A stretch of DNA of 63,949 bases, the filler included, from Lenisia limosa (lineage: Eukaryota; Protista; Breviatea): the NCBI GenBank assembly GCA_001655205.1. It is 21 parts of 21 records of this genome, joined end to end, with 100 filler letters (N's around TTAATTAATTAA, not from the genome) between each part and the next. Parts side by side here need not be neighbours in the genome. Positions count along the whole stretch, not along the records: positions 49,725 to 52,123 come from LPNZ01010406.1; positions 52,224 to 53,649 come from LPNZ01008295.1; positions 53,750 to 55,001 come from LPNZ01001762.1; positions 55,102 to 57,579 come from LPNZ01005790.1; positions 57,680 to 60,948 come from LPNZ01010157.1; 16 more parts are not named here. One strand, 5' to 3'. This document shows, in pieces, positions 50,434 through 57,887 of this stretch (position 1 is its first letter; every line of letters begins with the position of its first letter). The notes beneath the pieces are model-generated. The model searched no databases, was not told the DNA's origin, and saw only the letters and a list, made by a program, of their open reading frames with translations. Made by a program: the position numbers and the translations under genes.

Positions 50434-52071
50434 AATCGTCTATGAACGTTGTGATGGGAGCTGTTGATCCGAGCCACACCTACACTATTACCTACCATGT
50501 ATGGTGGAGTAGTAGATTTTCCTGATGTGATATGATATATATATGAAATGAAATGATGATATGATATGATATAAAATGATATGATTTCTGATTTCGAAGA
50601 TTTATCGAGTAATTCTGTCTTTTTTTCAAACCGAAGTGAAGCCCTATCTGCAAATTATTTTTTCATAAATTTTCCAATTGTGTTCCAATTTTACCGAGTG
50701 ATNNNNNNNNNNNNNNNNNNNNNNNNNNNNNNNNNNNNNNNNNNNNNNNNNNNNNNNNNNNNNNNNNNNNNNNNNNNNNNNNNNNNNNNNNNNNTATTTC
50801 ATAAATTTTCCAATTTTACTCCTCCCCCATTCACACCTACCCTATTACCTTGCATGTCTGTTTGGGGGAACAATTACCGCGATAAGTCTTGCCACGATTG
50901 ACTGAAAAAAGCTCAAGATACATATTAGGGCTCCGTGCATTTAAAAAATAATTGCAAAATTTGAAGTGAGACCTGACCTAGTGTCATTGGAACCCCATTT
51001 CAGACACTTTACTTTCAAATTTTATCAATTAATTTCTTCAAAAAATTCACTGCACGGAGTACTTATACATAATATAATACGTATTATATGATATAGTAAT
51101 AATTATATAGTATATGTTATGATAAATATATCCATTTAACCTCCCTCCATCCCAGCTGACAGAAACCTTGCCCCCTGGAGGATGTGTGGTGTTCCAATTT
51201 GCCTCATCTTATACTACCAAAGACAACCAGAGGTTTGGGGGTACTTGTTTTCGGGCGCAAGTGATTACACGTTTGCACATTTATATTCTTAAGGGATCCT
51301 CCAGATTTACGGTTCATGTTTTGTATTTAACGTTTCATTTACACAGCATTGAGATCCCCAGTCTTTTTATTTTATTTTATTCCGGCCGCATGGACTGCCC
51401 GATTGCTAAATTTTGTTAAACTCGCTTAAACGAATCGGGCAGTCCATGCGGCCGGAATATTTCAAAATAATATAAAACTGGAGGATCCCAACGGGGTGTA
51501 CATTTGCAAATGTTACTCAATTGTAAAAATATACGTTTTCAAAACATAGATCGGGTAGTCCATGCGGCCGGAAAAAATTAAAAAACTGGAGGATTTCAAC
51601 GGGGTGTAAATGTGCAAATAATGTTCTATTTGCACCTATCAATTTACTTGTCCCCATCTTTATGTAATGGGATGCGGTGCTGCAGAAGCGACCTGGGCTT
51701 TGTTTTGTTGTTAGTTGAATGTTAGTTTTTNNNNNNNNNNNNNNNNNNNNNNNNNNNNNNNNNNNNNNNNNNNNNNNNNNNNNNNNNNNTAGCCTATTTT
51801 TAATTGATTTTGGGCTATTATTTATGTATAATATAATCCAATTGTACACACACACACACATACATACATACACATACATATACATAGACACACACACATA
51901 CATACGTATCATACGTATCATACATATACATACATACATACATACATACACACCCAAACATGCAATAAAAGCCATATTTACTCCCCCAGACTCACCCGGG
52001 TCGTCTCACGGCGCCTCCAAGCCGCTTCGGATGTCCCAACTTTCCTGCGATCTATTGACATCACTCTCACG
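50434..52071 (+). CDS. Multi-exon gene of unknown function (partial)
   Basis: Exon-like blocks: from 50434 (SSMNVVMGAVDPSHTYTITYH), ~51156-51230 (LTETLPPGGCVVFQFASSYTTKDNQR), ~51990-52071 (LTRVVSRRLQAASDVPTFLRSIDITLT), each with a C-rich acceptor and GT donor. Confidence 0.5.
51270..51620. repeat. Foldback-like inverted repeat with perfect 26-bp central stem and tandem sub-units
   Basis: 51379-51404 ATTCCGGCCGCATGGACTGCCCGATT is the exact reverse complement of 51433-51458. The right arm unit is repeated again at ~51550-51620. Confidence 0.85.
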
Positions 52072-52325
52072 GTACGGTTTTTTTGTTTTGTTTTTAGGGG
52101 GGTTTTTTGGGAGGGGGGGGGGGNNNNNNNNNNNNNNNNNNNNNNNNNNNNNNNNNNNNNNNNNNNNTTAATTAATTAANNNNNNNNNNNNNNNNNNNNN
52201 NNNNNNNNNNNNNNNNNNNNNNNGTGGTGGTGGTGATGATGATGATGGCTGTGATGTTGTTGTTTGATGATAATGATGAGGATGAGGGTTTTGATGATGA
52301 TTGACATTTCCTTTGATTTACCGTG

Positions 52326-52481
52326 GTGGGATGCGGTGTTGCAGAAGCGACTGGCCTGTGCTTTGTTTTTTTGTTGTTATCAACCCTTGTGTGTTGTCAG
52401 CCAACAGAGTTGATTTAATCTTTTTTTTTGTTTCTTAAATTTTCCAACTTTACTTCCCCCACGCAATATTAACTCGAACAG
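52326..52481 (+). repeat. Full-length family C copy beginning GTGGGATGCGG and ending at a functional-looking CAG acceptor
   Basis: Complete head-body-tail structure directly upstream of RhoGAP exon 52482. Confidence 0.85.
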
Positions 52482-53501
52482 CTGCGGACGTTTCCGCCTC
52501 TCTCGCCTTGGTCTTCACCCCCCTCTTGTTGCGTACCACAAGCCCTAAAAAGTGAGTTGAAGGGGAAGGGGGGCTTGGGTGGGCTGTTTTTTTACCCAAT
52601 GCAGATATCATATCATATGAAATGTTGCAGGGCTTCACTTTGAAGAAAAAAGAGACTGAATTGCTCGATAAATCCTCGAAAACTATGGAAATTTCACGTT
52701 CTTTTTCGAACCCAAGTGAAGCCCTAATCATATGATAGTCAAAGAATCTAACAGTTTGTGACAACCAACTTGATATCAGGATGATCCAGCATTTTTTTTG
52801 AGAAGTCAGCGTTTTTATGATACCCATTGTTTTTATAAGATTCTTCAATATTTTATTGTGAAAATTTCCCATTTTCGTGGCAAACCCAATTTTATGTTCC
52901 AGCGTGAACCTTCCCAGCACGGAGTCTCTGGCAGTGGATGCGCTTATTCAGAACTACAAACCGTGTTTTACTGTTGGAGGGATTTTATTGTATCCGAGAA
53001 GTCCTAAATCTTTCATTTTTACACACACACACATACCCACCATCACCATCATCATCACCATCATCACCATCACTATCACCATCACCATCATCATACCGTC
53101 CAACAGATTTCAGTTTTTTTTTGTTTCATAATTTTCAATATTTACTCCCTCAGGACTCCGCCCCCTCACGCCCTGCCACCAAAAGTCCCCCAAGACCCGT
53201 GCACAGCTCAAACCAGAAAATGCCGACTTTGTCTCGCGGACCTGTGGGGGGCTTTTGGGGATNNNNNNNNNNNNNNNNNNNNNNNNNNNNNNNNNNNNNN
53301 NNNNNNNNNNNNNNNNNNNNNNNNNNNNNNNNNNNNNNNNNNNNNNNNNNNNNNNNNNNNNNNNNNNNNNNNNNNNNNNNNNNNNNNNNNNNNNNNNNNN
53401 NNNNNNNNNNCATCAAGTACAATGACCTTCTCGAGGAGTTTACGGAGGTGGATGAGGAGAACAAATCTCTCCTTGCTTCTCACTCCGCTCTCAGGGCTGA
53501 G
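52482..53501 (+). CDS. RhoGAP-domain C-terminal end followed by Pro-rich linker and coiled coil (partial)
   Basis: Exons 52482-52551, 52903-52972, 53154-53243 splice in phase, with a further exon gap-53501: SASLALVFTPLLLRTTSPKNVNLPSTESLAVDALIQNYKPCFT|DSAPSRPATKSPP...|IKYNDLLEEFTEVDEENKSLLASHSALRAE. Compare RhoGAP NLAIVFGP.LLR...V..LI.NY..IF. Confidence 0.65.
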
Positions 53502-53546
53502 GTTGGGGGAGCTATTATCGATACTATTGATGGCTTGGAATCCTCA

Positions 53547-53612
53547 ATAAACCCTCGATAAACCCTCGATGAACCCTCGATAAACCCTCGATAAACTTTC
53601 GATAAACCCTTA
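53547..53612. repeat. 11-bp tandem repeat (AAACCCTCGAT) x~6
   Basis: Directly visible; one unit degenerate. Confidence 0.85.
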
Positions 53613-53749
53613 ATAAGACATAAAAGGTTCCCCTTTTCACATAAAGTCTNNNNNNNNNNNNNNNNNNNNNNNNNNNNNNNNNNNNNNNNNNNNTTAATTA
53701 ATTAANNNNNNNNNNNNNNNNNNNNNNNNNNNNNNNNNNNNNNNNNNNN

Positions 53750-54014
53750 TATATTGATTTTCCAATTGTTTATCTTTGTTGAATATAATTAATAACTTAA
53801 CCAAATCATCATCACCTTTAATCATCTTATAATTTCCATCTACTCTGGTACAGTATTCCAAATATGTTTTATTAAATTCTTTTTCAAACCGTTTTATCTT
53901 TCTAATAGCTTTTACCTTTGTCCAATATAATTTAAATCTTCCATATCCATTTACTACAGGGGTTGATATTGTATTCAAAAATACAACAATAATTAAAATT
54001 GTTAATGGATCCAT
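53750..54014 (-). CDS. Intronless hypothetical protein with N-terminal hydrophobic segment (virus-like scaffold; 3' truncated)
   Basis: MDPLTILIIVVFLNTISTPVVNGYGRFKLYW...; open to the scaffold end. Confidence 0.6.
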
Positions 54015-54064
54015 TTAAAGAAGAAATAAATTAAAAAATTATTTCATTATTTTATTTTCCATAA

Positions 54065-54328
54065 ATGACTACCAAGATTTGTAAGACGTGTCAAGAGGAA
54101 AAAGATATTTCAAACTATTATGCTAATAATAAAGAGAAAACAAGTTACAAACCAAATTGTATAACTTGTATCAAAAATAAAGTCGTTGTTCGAAAAGACT
54201 TAAATAATAAAGTATGTAAAACTTGTCAAATATTACTTCCAATTGGTGATTTCTATTTTAATACTAAATCTAAGACCACTCGAAAACCGAATTGTAAAAT
54301 GTGTATGAAAGTACTGCGGAAAAATTGA
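54065..54328 (+). CDS. Small protein with two tandem CxxC-x22-CxxC Zn-binding repeats (virus/Polinton-type)
   Basis: KICKTCQEEKDISNYYANNKEKTSYKPNCITC and KVCKTCQILLPIGDFYFNTKSKTTRKPNCKMC. Intronless, 87 aa. Confidence 0.8.
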   Translation: MTTKICKTCQEEKDISNYYANNKEKTSYKPNCITCIKNKVVVRKDLNNKVCKTCQILLPIGDFYFNTKSKTTRKPNCKMCMKVLRKN

Positions 54329-54390
54329 TGGTCGTTTTTTAATCTTTTTGAAAAAAATATTTTTCACTTTTTATTTTCCTAGAAAGAACG

Positions 54391-54915
54391 ATGACCAACT
54401 CTACCAAAATTTCTCAAGCTAAAATGACTGAACCTCTTATTATTCAAAAATTTGAATATGAAATTAAAAAAGTTGAAGCAAAGGATGTTTCAGTTGTTGA
54501 TGATATTGATGAAGTAGATATTTTCTCGGATGAGGTTAAAGAAGAAAAGGAACAAGATATTGACTATAATAAATGTCCCATAATATTTGTTCAGAATAAA
54601 GAACAACATAAAAATAAATCTGAAGATAATTCTTATTGTACATTTACATATGATATGCGACGTGGGTTAACAAATTGTATTCGAAATGATAGAGTTCTCA
54701 AAGAATATTTCAAAGACTATATTGTAGAAATTGAAAAAGATAAGAAATTTACTGATGAAGATAAGGAAAAATCTAAAAATCTAATTAAGGAAATTGTTAT
54801 GTTAACAAACTCTGGTAAAATGAAAATTAGATTTACAAAAGGAAATGAATGTGTAACTGATAATAACTACAAAAAGTATTACTGGAATTTTAAAATTGTT
54901 TTGGCTAAAAAATAA
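54391..54915 (+). CDS. Intronless acidic/Lys-rich hypothetical protein, 174 aa (virus-like scaffold)
   Basis: Uninterrupted 525-nt ORF in very AT-rich DNA with short intergenic spacers. Confidence 0.75.
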   Translation: MTNSTKISQAKMTEPLIIQKFEYEIKKVEAKDVSVVDDIDEVDIFSDEVKEEKEQDIDYNKCPIIFVQNKEQHKNKSEDNSYCTFTYDMRRGLTNCIRNDRVLKEYFKDYIVEIEKDKKFTDEDKEKSKNLIKEIVMLTNSGKMKIRFTKGNECVTDNNYKKYYWNFKIVLAKK

Positions 54916-54970
54916 ATTGTGTGAAATAAAAAATTAATAAAATGAAAAAAATTATTTTTTTATCTCTAAA

Positions 54971-55001
54971 ATGACAACCTTAATTGAACTCCCCATCGAA
55001 A
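54971..55001 (+). CDS. Start of a fourth ORF (MTTLIELPIE..., F-box-like start), truncated
   Basis: ATG preceded by the same upstream motif as the other ORFs; only 10 codons visible. Confidence 0.35.
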
Positions 55002-55151
55002 NNNNNNNNNNNNNNNNNNNNNNNNNNNNNNNNNNNNNNNNNNNNTTAATTAATTAANNNNNNNNNNNNNNNNNNNNNNNNNNNNNNNNNNNNNNNNNNN
55101 NCCCCCCCCCCCAAATATTCAACAGGCAAACCCAAAAACATCCAAGGCAAG

Positions 55152-57450
55152 CCCACCTGTACATCCAAGGCATTGGGGGTGTTATTTCGAGCCGTCTTGG
55201 GACAGTAAATCGGCCTGTTTCTGTAGCCAGGGTAGCGACGAAGCTCGTTATCCACGGCTGTCGGTGTTAATAAAAAAACAACAACAAAAAAAAAACCAGG
55301 CCATTGCGTATAATATTGAATTATTGTATAATATTAATTCACCCAATCATTTGCCTTACAACTCTGTACACACAGCTTTCTGCGTGCCTCCCCAGCATAC
55401 AATACACTCATTATCGCCTCAGGAATCGAAGAAACCCTCATAATGATACCAATTGTAATATGGTAAATTACTCTCATATGTGTAGGGCTTCACTTCGGTT
55501 CAAAAATGACTGGGGAAATATCGATAGATATCAAAGATTTATCGAGAAATTCTTTTTTCGAACCGAAATAAAGCCCTATGTATATGATACATTTCACTCG
55601 TATACAATATATCTACATGTATATCATACCTTCAGTATACTCATTGTCGCCCCAGTAGTCGAAGAAACCCTCATTGTTGCGCGAGCCTGCAGCAACGCTT
55701 GGATTACAGACCATGGTGTAGAGCTTCTGCCATCTTTGGGGGTAAAATTGGACAATTTATGACAACAATTTTGGCTCGCAACACATGAGTTAAAAACAAC
55801 AAAACGAAGGTAAAAGAAAAACAAGGAGGGGGGGGGGGGNNNNNNNNNNNNNNNNNNNNNNNNNNNNNNNNNNNNNNNNNNNNNNNNNNNNNNNNNNNNN
55901 NNNNNNNNNNNNNNNNNNNNNNNNNNNNNNNNNNNNNNNNNNNNNNNNNNNNNNNNNNNNNNNNNNNNNNNNNNNNNNNNNNNNNNNNNNNNAAATATAG
56001 GAAATTTATACAAGGGAAGTGTAGAGAGAGTAAAAATGGAAAAACAATGAAGTACCTCTCCCTTTTTTGAATTACCTCCCCAATTCTACTTCACCCCACT
56101 CCCACTAGTATATTTAAAGTTAATATAAATAGTCCTTCACTTCGGTTCGAAAAAGACCGGTAAAGTATCGATAGTTTTGCGAGGATTTTTCGAGAACTAC
56201 AGTCTTTGTTCGAACCGAAGTGAAGCCCTAAATATAAACATTCTTCATACTCTCGACAGTACCCACCTCTTTCTAGCACGATCGTATCCAGCGGACGTGA
56301 CATCTAAAGCCGGCATTTCTAGGTCGGATTTCTTAGGACGGCGCTCCTGCTCGCGCGCCTTATACATGTCTATAGGATAAATGTGGGGGACTTATATCTA
56401 GCAATAAGAAATAAAACCTAAGGTTGTATCTGGCCGACATACATGTCTACTGGACAATTAATATGTGAGGATTTATCGAGAAAAACATTAACCAAATTTC
56501 AAAATTGTCATATTTCCAAATTGCATACCTTTAGCCAGGTAGAAGACAAGAGTATTGACCAGGGGGTTGTTGTAGCGGTGATGGAGCATTACCATGGACA
56601 TAACTACGAAAATTAGGAACGTTTGCAATGGCTAAAGTCAGGAATTTATGAAGCCATAGAGAATAAAAAGGGGGGTGGAGCTAGCAGTCATAACCTGGGG
56701 CATAAGATGGGGGAAAAATAAAGACTATACACCCACCAGGATCCTATAGTTAATTAACAAGTATCATAAAACCAACAAAATAAAGAAAAAAATAAATAAA
56801 AAAAATAGAAAAACAAAACAAAGAATAAAAAAAAATCCTCTCCAATCGTTCCGCTCACAGATTTTGAAGCCAGCGTCCATTTTCGGTGTACCGTCCAGGT
56901 CATTTGTAGCGATGTATGCCTTGGGCTGATCCATGCGGGGGAAGCGGAGGAAAAACTAGGGGGTGATTGGGAAGGTCTGGAAAAAAAAGATGGTGATTGG
57001 AAGTGAAAAAAGAAAGTTTATGGAACAAAAACAAAAAAAGAAGCCCAAAATCAACTCTATTAGCTGACAGACGATAATACGTTTACGCCAATATTCCTTC
57101 ATTTTACCCTCCCNNNNNNNNNNNNNNNNNNNNNNNNNNNNNNNNNNNNNNNNNNNNNNNNNNNNNNNNNNNNNNNNNNNNNNNNNNNNNNNNNNNNNNN
57201 NNNNGTTGATAATAACGCCGAAGAAGTCCAGGCAAACAAACAGCCATGGTCTGGGGGAGTAAAATTGGAAAATTTATGAAAAAGCCTAAATCAACTGTAA
57301 AAATTAAAAAAAAATACGAGGTTATAGCTAAAAATGATGCAAAATAATGCTTTTTGTATGCCTCCAACTTCCTTACACGCTCCTTATTGTCGCATGCAAC
57401 AAAACGTCCAAGAATCATCATAAGTAGCTTGAACCACAACATGATGGACA
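55152..57450 (-). CDS. STRA6-like (RBP-receptor family) membrane protein, C-terminal exons (partial)
   Basis: Exons 57450-57369 and 57250-gap, then 56955-56859, 56603-56529, 56369-56267, 55733-55641, each run splicing in phase: ...NKERVRKPWLFVCLDFFGVIIN...FFLRFPRMDQPKAY...KMDAGFKIFMSMVMLHHRYNNPLVNTLVFYLAK...YDRARKRWQKLYTMVCNPSV. Motif order resembles STRA6 (R.D..L / D.GY..Y / H.NP / RARW.L.YTL..NP.L). The 3' end beyond 55406 is uncertain. Confidence 0.62.
55485..55576. mobile_element. MITE family A copy with TA on both flanks, inside a STRA6-like intron
   Basis: TA|GGGCTTCACTTCGGTTCAAAAA...TTTTTCGAACCGAAATAAAGCCC|TA. Confidence 0.88.
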
Positions 57451-57887
57451 CTGCAACGGTGAGTTTAATAGGGATTTTGATGGCTGTTGCTTTTCGTTAA
57501 AGAGGGTTAGTTTTAGGAATTTAATTGGAATTTTTGTGCTACCTTCTGCCCAATTTCTCCTTTTAGTTCCTATAATATTNNNNNNNNNNNNNNNNNNNNN
57601 NNNNNNNNNNNNNNNNNNNNNNNTTAATTAATTAANNNNNNNNNNNNNNNNNNNNNNNNNNNNNNNNNNNNNNNNNNNNGGGGGGGGGGGGGGATGAAGG
57701 CAATTTTCATGTGTTTATTGACGTTTGATAAGTATACATTGGTGGAGGCCATAATGATATTCAGGTCTTCCCTTCTCAATACATCCTATCAAGGTCATTT
57801 TGAGCCAACGTCTTTTAAACATCATATTAACGTATTTTTAAACACCCCGATAACATCCTAGTGATAACCCCCCCGATAACATCCTAG

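Noticed and set aside
51845-51960. 150-aa ORFs rich in HTY/VCM
   Set aside because: (CATA)n/(CA)n microsatellite in an intron.
52224-52325. Upstream exon that would make family C copy 52326-52481 a complete intron
   Set aside because: All plus frames hit stops and there is no AG after the last in-frame stop, so the GT of this copy is not shown to be a used donor.
53650-55101. Integration of the virus-like segment between the RhoGAP and STRA6-like genes
   Set aside because: Both sides are artificial linkers; no host junction is visible.
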